Shown here one piece after another: positions 46,501 through 60,914 of a DNA stretch of 64,000 bases. The DNA comes from Rubrivivax sp. Its GTDB lineage: Bacteria; Pseudomonadota; Gammaproteobacteria; Burkholderiales; Burkholderiaceae_C. Location of the stretch: contig JANMKK010000023.1 of NCBI GenBank assembly GCA_031372005.1, positions 28,724-92,723 on the forward strand. Reading direction: 5' to 3'. Made by a program: the position numbers and the translations under genes. The notes under the pieces were generated by a model. It was given only the letters and a program-made list of their open reading frames with translations. It searched no databases and had not been told where the DNA came from. Every line of letters begins with the position of its first letter. Position 1 is the stretch's first letter.

Positions 46501-49500
46501 AGCGAACGGGCGCTGTAGCCCGCGTCCTCGACCGCGTGCCAGATGCCCTGCATCAGCAGACGCTGCATCGGGTCCATGTACAGCGTCTCGCGCGGCGAGA
46601 TGCCGAAGAACAGCGGGTCGAATTCCGCCACGCTGTCGATGAAGCCGCCCCACTTGACGTCGGTCTTGTTGCCCGGATCGGCCGGGCTGCCGAAGATCGC
46701 GCGCCAGTCCCAGCGGTCGGCCGGGATTTCCGAGATGCAGTCGCGGCCGTCCACCAGATTGGCCCAGTACTCGTGGATGTCACGGGCCATCGGCAGCCGC
46801 GCGCTCATGCCGACCACGGCAATCGGTTCCCGCAGGTCGGCCGGGGCGGTGGGTGCAGCGGGCCTCGCGGCGGCTGCAGCGGGCAGGCGGGATGCGGCTG
46901 CGGGCAGCGCGCGCGCGGCGGGCTTGGGCAGCGCGACCGGTGCGGCTGGTGCGGCTGGTGGCGGCACCGGCGCACCGATCTCGCTGAACTCTTCGGCCAG
47001 CAGCCCGGCAAAGCTGCGCAGCGTCGGGTGCTCGAAAAACACCGTCGGGTTCAGCGCCCGGCTCGAAGGAATGCGGTGTTGCTTGTTCAGCACGTTGGTC
47101 AACTCGGTCAACGTGATCGAGTCGAAGCCGTAACTGCTGAGTTCCTTGTCGATGTCGATCTCGTCGAGCGAGAGCTTGAGGATCCCGGCGACCACCGGCT
47201 TCAGCGTGTCGAGCACGGAACGCAAGCGTTCGGCGGGATCGGCGTCGCTCTTCAGGATCTGCGGCATGTCGGTGGTTTCCAGGATCGGGGGGAGGGGAAG
47301 CGTCAGCGCACCGCCGTCCGCCTGCGGGCGGCGGACGGTGCCCGTGTCGGCGAGCCAGTGCCGCACGGCGCCGGCGTCACCTTCGAGCACCATCAGCTGC
47401 GGCAGCTGCAGCACCAACGCGCGGTACAAGGCCTGCAGGCCGGTCTGGGTGCGCAGCGGCACCAGGCCGGTCTGATCGCGCATGCGGCGGGCGGTTGCCG
47501 CGTCGATGGCCATGCCGCCGTCCTGCCACAGTGGCCAGTTGATCGACAGCGGCCGTATGCCGTCGGCATCCGCGCATGCATCCGCGCATGCATCTGCGCA
47601 GGCGTCCATGTAGGCGTTGGCCATCGCGTAGTCGGCCTGCCCGGCGTTGCCGATGCCCGAGGCGATGGACGAGAACAGCACCAGGAAGTCGAGGTCCAGG
47701 CCTTGCGTCGCTGCGATCAGGTTGGCAACGCCACTGACTTTAGGGGGTAGCACTTCGGCCAGCTCGGTCACCGATTTGCGCCGCAGGTAGTTGTCGCGCA
47801 CGACGCCTGCACAGTGCAGAACGCCGTCCAGGCGGCCGTGCTGGCGCCGGATGTCCTGCAGCAGCGACTCCACCTCGCCCGCAAGGGTCACGTCCAAGGC
47901 GTGGTAGTCGACTCGCACGCTGGCAGGCTGGCGTGCCGCGGCCTGCAGACCGCGCTGGCTCGCAGCGATGCGCTCGTTCAGCGGCGAGCGCCCGGTCAGC
48001 ACCAACGTCACAGCGCCCACGCGCTGCAGGATCTCCCGCGAGAGCAGCAGGCCCAGCGCGCCGGCACCCCCTGTGATCAGGTAGACGCCGCGCTCCTTCC
48101 AGGGCAACGGCGCCGGCGACGGGTCGGGCTCGATTTCCTCCCAGCCCGCCACTTCGCGGCGCCCGGCCCGGTAGCGCACGTGCACGTCATCTGGTACGGC
48201 ACTGCACTGCTCGATCTGGCGCGCAAGCGCGTCGGCCGGCTCGTGCGGATCGACCTCGATCACCTGCCCACGCATCTTGGGATGTTCGGCATGCAGTGTC
48301 TTGACCAGGCCGGACAGCGCCGACCAGCTGCCGCGCGGCACCACGAACTGCAGCAGCGTGCGGCCCCGTGCGCCAGCGGCCGCTCGTTCGTCGAGCAGGC
48401 GGCGCACCAGACCGAAAGCCTCGGCCGCCAGCGCTTCAAACGCTGCCGGCGCGGGGCCGTACGCCGCAGCCGGCGCCAGGCCGACGAGCTGCACCGACGG
48501 CAGCAGCCCGGCGAGCGCCTTCACCGACCCGGCGCCGCACAGCGCAACGACACGCTGCGCGAAGGACTCGGGCGCCGCGTCGCCGACCGGGCGTTCGCGC
48601 CAGCTGGCCCGCAGCAGCAGCGACTCCAGGGCCAGCGTGGGCGCCGGCTCTTCTACCGGCAGTGGCAGCGGCTGTGCCCGCGCGGCACCGTCGACTGTCA
48701 GCGCCTTGTCGGCCACGCGGAACGCGAAGCCCTTGAAGCGCACGCAGATCATCCCGGCTTCGTCGCACAGGTCGATGTCGTACTTTGGCGCGCTGCTGCT
48801 GTTGCTGCTGCGGCGGCCGGACGCCCCCTGCGCGGGCCGGGCCAGGGCCCACATCGCTTCCTGGCAACTCCCGAGCACCTCCAACTCGTCCAGAACGAAC
48901 GGCAGGACCAGCGGCGCGCGCTCGACCTGCTGCCAGTCGGCCATCAGCGGCGGTGCCGTGTGCACCGCGGCATCCATCGGTGTCGGGTGGAGCACGAACC
49001 TGTCGGGCATGTCGGACAGCCCTTCCGGGATCGTGATGTGCGTCAGCACCTGCGGCACGCCGGCTGCGTCGGCGCCAAGGTGGTAACGGTCGATGCCTCG
49101 GAAGCCGCGGCCAAGGTCTGCGCCGCGGTCCTTCATCGCCGCGAAGTACCGGTGCGCGTCGAGCCCGCCGTTGGGGCATTCGCGCAGCAGGGCGGCAAGG
49201 TCCAGCGTCGGGATCGAAGCCGGCGCGTGCAGCAGCACCAGGCCCTGGCTGTGCACGACCATGCCGTGCTCGCCCTGCTCGCCGCCGCTGTAGATCTTGA
49301 ACGCGATCTCGTTGTCGTCCTCAATCGTCAGGCTGATGTGCACCGTTGCCGCATCGCCGTTGTCGGGGCAGGCGATCGGCCGCATCCACACCACGTTGCG
49401 GATCAGCAGCGAGCTGGTGTCGGCATGCGTGCCGCAGGCTTCCTTGACTGCGGCACGAACCATCTCGAGGTGGCCCACGCCAGGCAGCACCTTGTGGCCC

Positions 49501-52500
49501 TTGATCACGTGCTGTGCAAAGAAGAACTCTTCGCCGTCGAATCGGGAGCTGTAGCGGTGGCCGGAGAACAGCGTGGAGGTGTTCCGGTGCAGGAGCGGAT
49601 GCAAGCGCGGATGCAACAGCGGGGGCAGAACCGGCGGCACACGCTCGCCAGCGACCGCGACCGCGACCGCGACCGCGGCCGCGTCCGCGTCCGCAGCACG
49701 GAGCGCTGCGGGCTTGTCGGCCTCTGCGGGCAGCCAGTACGATTTCAGCTCGAAGGGATAGCCTGGCAGGCTGACGCGACGTGGCCGCGCGGCCACGTCT
49801 TGCGCGTACAGGCGCCGCCAATCGAAAGCCAGTCCACGCACCCACAGCCCGAGCAGGTCGTCGAAGTGCCCCAAGGTGGCTGATCGCGCCAGCGCCTGCT
49901 GGCGCTCTTCGCTGCCGGCGGCCGTCGCGACTGTCTCGTCGCCGCGCTGCACGCGGCCATGGAAGACGGGGACTGCCGGTCCGGGCGCAGCGGCCGCAGC
50001 GCCCTGGGCTTCGGGCAACGGGCCCTGCAGGGCCGTGCGCAACGCGTCGAGCGACGAGACAACAAGCGCGAGCCGCTGTTCCATGGGCTCGCGGCCGGTC
50101 TGCAGCGTGTATGCCAGGTCTGCCAGCGCCAGCCCGGCCTGTTCGGGCTGCGCCAGGAAGTCGCGCAGGCGCTGCACGCAAGCCTCCAGCCGCGGCGCGC
50201 TGCGCGCTGACAGCAAGATCGCCACCGGGCCGTCGCTCTGCGGGCGCGCTGAGCGGTGCTCGAGATGGTCCTCGATCACCACGTGCGCATTGGTGCCGCT
50301 GAAGCCGAAGGAGTTGATCGCCGCACGCCGCTGCTGGCCTTGCGGGACGGTCCAGGGCCGGCAGGCATCGAGCACGTAGAACGGCGAGCGTGCGAGTGCG
50401 ATGTGCTCGTTGATCTGCTCGAAGTGGATTGTCGGCGGCAGCACGCGGTGCTTCAGCGCCAGCAGCAGCTTGATGACGCCGGCGATGCCGGCGGCTGCAA
50501 GCAGGTGGCCGATGTTGCTCTTGACCGAGCCGATCGCGCAGTAGCCGGTCTCGGAAGTGAACTTGCCGAAGGCGGTCGTGAGCCCCTCGATCTCGATCGG
50601 GTCGCCGAGCCGCGTGCCAGTGCCATGCGCCTCGATCAGCTGGATCTGGCGCGGGTCGATGCCGAAACTGCAGTAGGTGTGCTGCTGCAACCGTGCCTGC
50701 GAAAGCGGGTTGGGGGCGGTGATGCCGTTGGTCTTGCCGTCCTGGTTGACGCCCCAGCCGCTGATGACGCCGATGACCGCGTCACCATCGCGTTCTGCGT
50801 CCTCCAGACGCTTGAGCAGCACGGCGCCGACGCCTTCACCCGGCACGAAGCCGTTGGCGCGCTGGTCGAAGGTGTAGCAGCGGCCGTCCGGCGACAGCAT
50901 GCCCGCCTTGCTGGTCATGATGTGCATGTCCGGTCCGGCGAGCACATTGACGCCGCCGGCCAGCGCCATGTCGCTGCTCCGCAGCACCAGGCTGTCGCAG
51001 GCCGCCGCCAACGCCACCAGCGATGAAGAGCAGGCAGTGTCAATGGACAGGCACGGCCCCTGCAAGTCAAGCAGGTAAGCGATCTTGGCGGCCAGAATCG
51101 AACTCGCGCGGCCCATGAAGTTCTGCGGGTTCAGGTCCTCGCGCCTGATTGACTGGCCGTAGTCGCCCGCGGTGCAGCCGACGAACACGCCGCAGCGACT
51201 GCCCGCGAGCGCCGCGGCGTTGTAGCCAGCGTCTTCGAAGCAATGCCATGCCGTCTGCAGGAACAGACGCTGCTGCGGGTCGGTCCACTCGGCCTCGCGC
51301 GGGGAGATGTTGAAGAACAGCGGGTCGAACTGCGCCACGCCTTCCAGCACGCCCATCCACTTTGAGTAGCTCTTGCCAGGCACGTCCGGATCGGCGTCGT
51401 AGTGGCGCTTGAGGTCCCAGCGTTCGGGACCGATTTCGCTGATGCAGTCGCGCCCCTGGGCCAGGTTGCGCCAGAACTCGTCGACGTCGCGCGCCTTCGG
51501 AAACTGGCCCGCCATGCCGATCACCGCGATCCGCGCCAGGCCCGGGCCCTGCGGGGCAGCGGGCGCGGCAGCGGACGGGGCAGCGGGCGGGGCAGCGGAC
51601 TCTTGCAGCGGCCGGATGACGCACACGGTCCTTGGCGCTGCAGGCTCAGGCCGCGCCGGTTCGGGGGCGGGGGCGGGGGCGCGAGGCAGCGCCTTTTCGG
51701 CCAGCCGCTGCCCGTCATCGAACACCCCCGCCTGCAGTCCCGCCTGCAACACGTGCTGCGCAAACGCCTCCAGCGTCGGGTGCCCGTAGACCGTGGTGGC
51801 ACCCATCGTCAGGCCGTAGCGCTCGTTGATCCTGCGCACCCAGTTGACGCCGGTGATCGAATCCAGCCCGAGGTCCACGAACTTCTGGTCGTCGTCGATC
51901 GCCGAGGGGTCCAGGTACAGCTCCTCGGCCAGCAGCGCACGCAGCGCGCCCCGCACTTCGTCGGCCAGGCCGGCGCTGCCGTGCTGAACCGCTGCGGTCG
52001 CGGTGGCAACCGGCGCGACGGTGACGGCAGCGGCCGCGCCGTCGCCGAAGCCTTCGTTGAAGTGGCGCTGGATCCGCGCCAGCACCTCCGGGTTGCCGAC
52101 GAAGCAGGCCTCGTGCATGGCCCGCTCGCGCGCCAGGGTCTGCTGCAGGCGGCTTCGGATGCGCGCCATGCCGGCACGCTTCATCGCTTCAAGCTCTTCG
52201 CGGGGCAGCGCCGCAAGACGGCTGGCCAGGCGCAATGCCAGCGGCTGCACCTCGGCAGCGGGTACCACCGCCAGCCGCGGGTCGCGCCGCTTCAGGTCCA
52301 GGCCGGTGAGGTCCTGCGCGCCGCAGAGGATCTCGCGCGCGAGATCGGGGCCCAGGTGCTCTTGAAAGGCCAGCGTCGACCCCGCGCCCGGGGTGAAGCC
52401 GTACTTCATGTATGGGCTGGTGTAGGTGTGCTTTTCGCTGAAGATCACCAGGTCGCAGAACATCCCGAGCGACCAGCCCGCGCCGATGCCGTGCCCCTGC

Positions 52501-53954
52501 ATGGCCGCGATCACCGGCACGGCCGCTTCTGCGGCCAGGCTGTAGATGCCGATGTCGGTGAAGCGTGCGCGCCCGTCCTGGATCGCCAGCAGGCTGTCCT
52601 TGGTGCCGCCGCAGGAGAAGTAGTGCTCATAGCCGGTCAGCACCACGGCCTTGCAGTGCGGGCGGCGGGCAATCTCGGCGAAGGCCCGGGCGATGCCGTC
52701 GACCAACTCCGGCGTGAAGGTGTTCTTGCCGCGGCGGTCGCGCAGCGTGACAACGGCCACGCCGTTTGCATGCTCGTCCAGCCCAACCGCCTCGCAGCCC
52801 AGATCCACTGCCCGGGCCGCACCGGATCGAGCGCCAGCGCCTTCGCCTTCGCCGGCGAGCACCGCGTCCAGGTGGCGCTGCCAGGGCGCGGAGGGCCGCA
52901 TCGGCTGCACCGGTGGCACCGGCGCGGGCCCTGCGACCGCCATGCCGTCACGCCCGTCTACCACCAGGCGCATGGCCTGCGCCGCCATGTCTTGCGCCAG
53001 GTGCTGCTTGAGCAAGGCCAGCGCCTGTCGAGGCGCCTGGGCCAGCAGGCGGGCCCATTGCAGGGCGTGGGTTTCGACCTCCACCGCCGGCACGACCGCA
53101 ACGCCGATCCCGGCGTCGCGCAGCCGACGGCCTTGCACCGGCCGCCCCGATTTCCACAGCGCGGCAACGTCGGCGTGCGGCCAGCGGGCTCCGAGCAGCG
53201 GCTGCCAGCCACTCGGGTCCTGCGCCAGACCCTGCGCCAGACCTTGCGCCAGGCCGCCATAGCTGCCGGATTCGCTGCACACCACAAAGTCACAGCAGGC
53301 CGCAAAAAGCCAGGCCAGTCCTTCCGCCTGCGGCGCAGCGGCCACCACCGGCAACGTGCAGTCCGTTGCCAGCCGGCAGGCCGCGCCCTCGAAGAATGCA
53401 AGCTGCTCGGCCGGCGTCTGTCCGGCAGGCAACAGGCCGTGCACGCCTGCATCCGCAGCCCGCAGCAGAACCACCCGGGCCAGCGGCTGCTCGGTGATGC
53501 GCTGCAACGCGTCGCCCAGGCCCTGCACCAGCGCCGGCGTCCAGCGACGTGCGCCGGACAGGATGAGTTCAAACACGCCGTCGCCACGGTCGTCGATGCG
53601 CAACTCGCACGACTCGGCCTGCGCTGCCGCAGCGCCTTGTGGCGCCGGCGCGGCTGCCTGCGGGTGGTCCGGCACCGCCAGCACGAACTGCGGTCGCGGC
53701 AAGGTGGGTGCCGGCTGCAGCGGACGCAGCGCCGCCGGATCGACGAGCCGGATGTCCGACGGCTTCGCTTCTGCGCGCCCGGGCGCGTGCGGCGTCTCGT
53801 TACCTGCGGCGTCACCTGCGGCGTTACCGGCCGCGTCACCTGCCGCATTGCGCTGCCGTAGCAACAGCAGCAGCACCCGCACCTGCTCGCGCGTGAGTTT
53901 GTCCGCGCGGTAGTCGGCAATGATGGCTTCGAGCCCTTCGAGTCTGGTACTCAC
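34518..53954 (-). CDS. trans-AT PKS B (about 6480 aa): ECH*-ECH-ACP(beta)-KS3-DH-KR-ACP-KS4-KR-ACP-KS5(KS0)-DH-ACP-KS6-KR-ACP-KS7
   Basis: GTG 53954 follows an aagggag RBS. Degenerate ECH (about 53610-52980) and PksI-like ECH (SCGGTK, YMKYGFTPG). ACP GLDSITGVNW. KS3, KS4 and KS6 have intact C/H/H. KS5 has NGSGS instead of HGTGT. The DH reads HKAYGQRLLPGLAY. KS7 reads DTACAST/HGTAN/GH. KRs have catalytic Tyr. Confidence 0.93.
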   Translation of the reverse strand: MSTRLEGLEAIIADYRADKLTREQVRVLLLLLRQRNAAGDAAGNAAGDAAGNETPHAPGRAEAKPSDIRLVDPAALRPLQPAPTLPRPQFVLAVPDHPQAAAPAPQGAAAAQAESCELRIDDRGDGVFELILSGARRWTPALVQGLGDALQRITEQPLARVVLLRAADAGVHGLLPAGQTPAEQLAFFEGAACRLATDCTLPVVAAAPQAEGLAWLFAACCDFVVCSESGSYGGLAQGLAQGLAQDPSGWQPLLGARWPHADVAALWKSGRPVQGRRLRDAGIGVAVVPAVEVETHALQWARLLAQAPRQALALLKQHLAQDMAAQAMRLVVDGRDGMAVAGPAPVPPVQPMRPSAPWQRHLDAVLAGEGEGAGARSGAARAVDLGCEAVGLDEHANGVAVVTLRDRRGKNTFTPELVDGIARAFAEIARRPHCKAVVLTGYEHYFSCGGTKDSLLAIQDGRARFTDIGIYSLAAEAAVPVIAAMQGHGIGAGWSLGMFCDLVIFSEKHTYTSPYMKYGFTPGAGSTLAFQEHLGPDLAREILCGAQDLTGLDLKRRDPRLAVVPAAEVQPLALRLASRLAALPREELEAMKRAGMARIRSRLQQTLARERAMHEACFVGNPEVLARIQRHFNEGFGDGAAAAVTVAPVATATAAVQHGSAGLADEVRGALRALLAEELYLDPSAIDDDQKFVDLGLDSITGVNWVRRINERYGLTMGATTVYGHPTLEAFAQHVLQAGLQAGVFDDGQRLAEKALPRAPAPAPEPARPEPAAPRTVCVIRPLQESAAPPAAPSAAAPAAPQGPGLARIAVIGMAGQFPKARDVDEFWRNLAQGRDCISEIGPERWDLKRHYDADPDVPGKSYSKWMGVLEGVAQFDPLFFNISPREAEWTDPQQRLFLQTAWHCFEDAGYNAAALAGSRCGVFVGCTAGDYGQSIRREDLNPQNFMGRASSILAAKIAYLLDLQGPCLSIDTACSSSLVALAAACDSLVLRSSDMALAGGVNVLAGPDMHIMTSKAGMLSPDGRCYTFDQRANGFVPGEGVGAVLLKRLEDAERDGDAVIGVISGWGVNQDGKTNGITAPNPLSQARLQQHTYCSFGIDPRQIQLIEAHGTGTRLGDPIEIEGLTTAFGKFTSETGYCAIGSVKSNIGHLLAAAGIAGVIKLLLALKHRVLPPTIHFEQINEHIALARSPFYVLDACRPWTVPQGQQRRAAINSFGFSGTNAHVVIEDHLEHRSARPQSDGPVAILLSARSAPRLEACVQRLRDFLAQPEQAGLALADLAYTLQTGREPMEQRLALVVSSLDALRTALQGPLPEAQGAAAAAPGPAVPVFHGRVQRGDETVATAAGSEERQQALARSATLGHFDDLLGLWVRGLAFDWRRLYAQDVAARPRRVSLPGYPFELKSYWLPAEADKPAALRAADADAAAVAVAVAVAGERVPPVLPPLLHPRLHPLLHRNTSTLFSGHRYSSRFDGEEFFFAQHVIKGHKVLPGVGHLEMVRAAVKEACGTHADTSSLLIRNVVWMRPIACPDNGDAATVHISLTIEDDNEIAFKIYSGGEQGEHGMVVHSQGLVLLHAPASIPTLDLAALLRECPNGGLDAHRYFAAMKDRGADLGRGFRGIDRYHLGADAAGVPQVLTHITIPEGLSDMPDRFVLHPTPMDAAVHTAPPLMADWQQVERAPLVLPFVLDELEVLGSCQEAMWALARPAQGASGRRSSNSSSAPKYDIDLCDEAGMICVRFKGFAFRVADKALTVDGAARAQPLPLPVEEPAPTLALESLLLRASWRERPVGDAAPESFAQRVVALCGAGSVKALAGLLPSVQLVGLAPAAAYGPAPAAFEALAAEAFGLVRRLLDERAAAGARGRTLLQFVVPRGSWSALSGLVKTLHAEHPKMRGQVIEVDPHEPADALARQIEQCSAVPDDVHVRYRAGRREVAGWEEIEPDPSPAPLPWKERGVYLITGGAGALGLLLSREILQRVGAVTLVLTGRSPLNERIAASQRGLQAAARQPASVRVDYHALDVTLAGEVESLLQDIRRQHGRLDGVLHCAGVVRDNYLRRKSVTELAEVLPPKVSGVANLIAATQGLDLDFLVLFSSIASGIGNAGQADYAMANAYMDACADACADACADADGIRPLSINWPLWQDGGMAIDAATARRMRDQTGLVPLRTQTGLQALYRALVLQLPQLMVLEGDAGAVRHWLADTGTVRRPQADGGALTLPLPPILETTDMPQILKSDADPAERLRSVLDTLKPVVAGILKLSLDEIDIDKELSSYGFDSITLTELTNVLNKQHRIPSSRALNPTVFFEHPTLRSFAGLLAEEFSEIGAPVPPPAAPAAPVALPKPAARALPAAASRLPAAAAARPAAPTAPADLREPIAVVGMSARLPMARDIHEYWANLVDGRDCISEIPADRWDWRAIFGSPADPGNKTDVKWGGFIDSVAEFDPLFFGISPRETLYMDPMQRLLMQGIWHAVEDAGYSARSLAGTRTGIFVGTSVSEYGTLLTQANIPCDAFLPTGRSSSLGPNRMSYLLDISGPSETVDTACSSSLVAIHRAIQAMRSGHCDMALVGGVNTLIGPDGHVSFRKAGMLSVDGRCKTFSAHADGYARGEGVGILFLKKLADAERDGDHIYGLVRGSGENHGGRANSLTAPNPKAQAELIHTVYTEAGIDPRSIGYIEAHGTGTALGDPVEVNGLKMAFKALYRASGDESVAAPHCGIGSAKSNMGHLELAAGVAGAIKVLLQLKHQTLAKNLHSEELNPFIQLQGSPFYVVNQTQPWPAIGDAEGQALPRRAGVSSFGFGGANAHVAFEEYRAAAADATGDATREAAATGTEHVFVLSAKNDARLKDAALQLLNAVREGRRHSAGGSVPRLSDADLPRMAYTLQIGRDAWDERLAIRAGSLQVLAERLAQFLADQSSPEVLRGRTARKDETLALFDARELHETVGRWIERGQLAKVLALWVKGADVDWRLLHAGRPLPRRISLPGYPFARDRHWPELVAAPGPVGHGAGGATSAGTAGNAGTAGTAATAATAPGTRTPVLLIKGWTAAAPAPSTTTATTPPGHSGDLPDALLLLADTATLPLARRLLDRCPRGRIVALDDETATAALWRELDTAPGAALPWSGCIDLVGCGTVRPSAASWLPLLQRLVARWMAAAGTPMLLGVTRGLESVHGGAVNTAGAERAGVYRMLQSEYPKLRSRHLDLDPAAGDEAALQHIAAEWQVPGDDAETCYRDNRRHVAVLQLQPPLAEPAPLAFAPDRVLWITGGTRGIGLLCAEHFVARHSVRKLVLCGRDALPPRAGWPALLSAGAAGDRALVRKIEAVQRLEGLGVQVETLALPLENADAVRVQVQRIGAALGRIGGLLHCAGSNDWNNPAFVRKPLAEIEKVLAPKVGGLDALLAAMQGEPLQFVVLFSSVSAIVPALGAGQSDYVAANAYMDSVAQARAGQMPIVSIQWPSWKDTGMGEATTRAYRQTGLLSLTDAEGLRLLDQVIGQRPGPVVLPALVADAAWQPQRLMLRAAAPAAPTATTATTATTATTVPAPAGRSEVVAWLTRLFSMELMLAPGSLDPEVPFTDYGVDSIMLAQILRRVDDALNAAGKAEALDPSVFYEHPTLNSFADWLGGTHAQALGRALAPAQAVVAVGSGVPAVAAATAPPSTPPSILPPMPPAPLTPQAAAGEAGAATLPGAGLDIAVVGLSCRFAGAPDLDAFWQLLSEGRSGIQAVPAERWGRATAFHAGLLDDVAHFDPGHFLIPDSDAAAMDPQALMLLEEGLRVFHHAGYEAREMKGSETGVFIGARSNHRPDDSTLAQARNPIVAVGQNYLAANLSQCFDLRGPSLVVDTACSSALVAMQMAVHALRAGQIGAALVGGISLLRSDEVHRLFERRKLLARAGEFHIFDRRAGGVVLGEGVGMVLLKTVQQALRDGDRIHAVIRGLAVNNDGRTAGPATPNLQAQKAVMQRALHDSGATPEQVRYIHVNGSGSEVTDLLELKALQAVYRPADAAPVPCELGSTEPNIGHPLAAKGMAAFIQAASMLSHRMSVPFLSGQEPMQHFDIGASPFSFTREASPWAEGRALAAVNCFADGGTNVHVILEAWQSAAQDAPRRRPLALPALKRRHIGAGAAAQGALQAAAEVAAAVVSGPLPAAWPRVSSAASAPYLLSAEHPVLRDHKAYGQRLLPGLAYIDLLFQHFQGLGFDHGQLELRNLSIYQPLTVDADQSVLLDIRCTESAGPVWQIELLGREQRGPALSEPKRYAVAEMRQAGPVAFGATIDVAAVRHQAQRSLDLDTLYGQCRLQRLDHAGVIKAEGQVHEAEDATCIEIALGAQALPGAGSHLFHPTLIDGSSVGAQRLFAAFFEGESRLILPLFYESFRASAALRERCITRIPAASVRRRNELLYMNLEFFDATTGRQVAELRNYACKLVRDASAINGSSDGAAVPRAASAAVPLAAATVATSALPAAAAAGAAPAAEGDCSGAENFLAELIAKRIGTPADQIDIGLGYYELGLDSARLLDLVGALEKQVGSPLAPTLLFEYTTIAELAAYLTQTYPAAWPQQTAAAAAAAATAAPVAPAVAAAPAEQAPTRPDTGVPLQMSAHRAVSTDIAIIGMAGRYPGARTLDEFWRNLQDGKDCITEVPASRWAADRLQGVKSPSGKSMSRWGGFIDDPDCFDAQFFRISPFEAKLLDPQQRQFLEVCWETIEDAGYTPKTLATPRGRNQRRDVGVYVGVMHNDYAILTAEAIARGTPTPVSLNYAQIANRVSYFCNFHGPSMAIDTVCSSSLIAVHLALQSVRSGECEVALAGGVNLSIHPLKYLTYGLMDMHASDGRCRTFGNGGDGYVSAEGIGAVLLKPLSAAVRDGDQVYAVIKGSTTNHVGTVSGLTVPSPVAQADMIEQCLDQTGIHPRTISYVEAHGTGTSLGDPIEIQGLVRAFGHQTADKQYCAIGSVKSNIGHAESAAGISGLTKVALQLRHKTLVPSLHSRELNTHLDFANTPFYVQQVKAPWPQPLVPEHGQGQQQPRRAALSSFGASGSNAHVIVEEYLSAQPAVPDAPRRAVVVPLSAKNPDRLAAYAKRLLDHLRAGTALPALPDLAGTLQRGREAMNERLALVASDAAELAAALQSFLDGDLAAGAACYRGSLKPGKKAATVAEADAAVRRWTAEGAARPLAEAWVQGALIDWDALHQATFAGRPLWRVSLPTYPFAKERHWLDLPTPQPPARKPGTGTSPAWVAPPEARAPIYFTPRWQPQPLDSAMNEGPAAPAAKTTVFLIGADHALAARLLQDQVADHAAAWPVTDDAAGDLVQHALQLLRHCKDPERVRRGTPERLLVVAPYRGSDYPHRGLMGALRTISLELPFIETRLVLDAALASGDTAVLLQHLAAERQAQDGCTEVTYPPQGPRQVLAQVVLDAPTAANPAAQRPLAGLVRERGVYLITGGLGGLGQLFTRHLGRGTSARFVLTGRSLLDGRRRAQLAALVADGVNAEYLPCDTSDWKDVRRLVAHIVVEHGALHGVVHSAGVLADNFISRKTESEVAAVITAKAQAIVHLDEATRDQALDFFVAFSSVAALGNPGQFDYATANAFLGAFAGWRAEQVARGKRQGRSLAIDWPLWRDGGMSVQPAYEQFMRETLGIVPLGEATGVQAFAAALASPEHQFGVFEGDRQKVARLLARPARPAAARAASTRTGASTASSALRAEQRDAVESVARAAVAEALGMAPETVDLQVDFADYGMDSIGATKVANAINQRLGLEYTGAVFLELNTAGKLIEHLQALAPTEPPAAEPTPTPTPTPTPSPSPSPSPSLSPSLSPTPTPSPTQRVAIIGYDARLPGAPDVPTYWRKLLSKEIATEDVPPSEWHARGVACGRDASFPAMRHAALLQGIDQFDADFWDIADGDARAMDPQERLLLRSIWHCVEQAGVSMQTLTQRRVGLFLALDAVDYATLPRQHGDAAAGAPILTSAGMIANRISYHCDFKGPSEAVDTACASTFVALRRAAQAIASGECETAIVGGAKILLDPAGFADRDAGEILTRTPRMFPFDAQAEGYVRGEGVGCVLLKALDQAERDGDTVHAVIAGIGITHNGRRALSQVAPSVEGQRQAMREAYRCAGFGPEAVNYIEAHGTANSFSDASELAAFKLHFKESMSAEHYRQHRCAVSTVKANIGHLEGASGMASLIKAVLALREGTIAPIATWSKLHPSILLAGSPFHFPTEATPWERLPTAGGAPPPPRRVGLHSIGIGGVNAHVLLEEHPTAPRLAAPAGAGGPQLVLLSARSRAALDAHFKRWHAHLAACVADERATLDELAAASRTGRDAMPYRAAFVADSIPVLMDLLARGADALATGPVESPGLFAAVGHAARKPKAATHAAPAAGPASGAGAGAGTGAGAGAGAGGMAARARAWLAGGAIDASWGSDAAPRRVAIPTYPFQERRVWWEPPGLPARAEGAAKQPADPFDALFYETFVQPAERRTAPQVGTP
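36502..36600. repeat. 6-bp tandem repeats encoding a Pro-Thr/Pro-Ser linker between ACP and KS7
   Basis: ggcgat, ggcgtt and ggtgtc arrays; protein EPTPTPTPTPSPSPSPSPSLSPSLSPTPTPSPT. Confidence 0.85.
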
Positions 53955-54006
53955 CCGTACTCCCTTGTGATTCGGCGGCTGGCCTTGATGCGCTGGCGGC
54001 CGCGCG

Positions 54007-60846
<6,840 letters not shown>

Positions 60847-60855
60847 TCGAACTCC

Positions 60856-60914
60856 ACGCCGCTGCGGCGGCGTGCGCGGCAGCAAGGCAAGATCAGGATG
60901 TGGGGAACCCCACA
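60856..60914. promoter_or_regulatory. Two GC-rich stem-loops in the AT-to-PKS A intergenic region (ACGCCGC-tgcg-GCGGCGT 60856-60873; TGTGGGG-aa-CCCCACA 60899-60914)
   Basis: Two 7-bp perfect inverted repeats read directly; no U-tract; function unproven. Confidence 0.35.
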
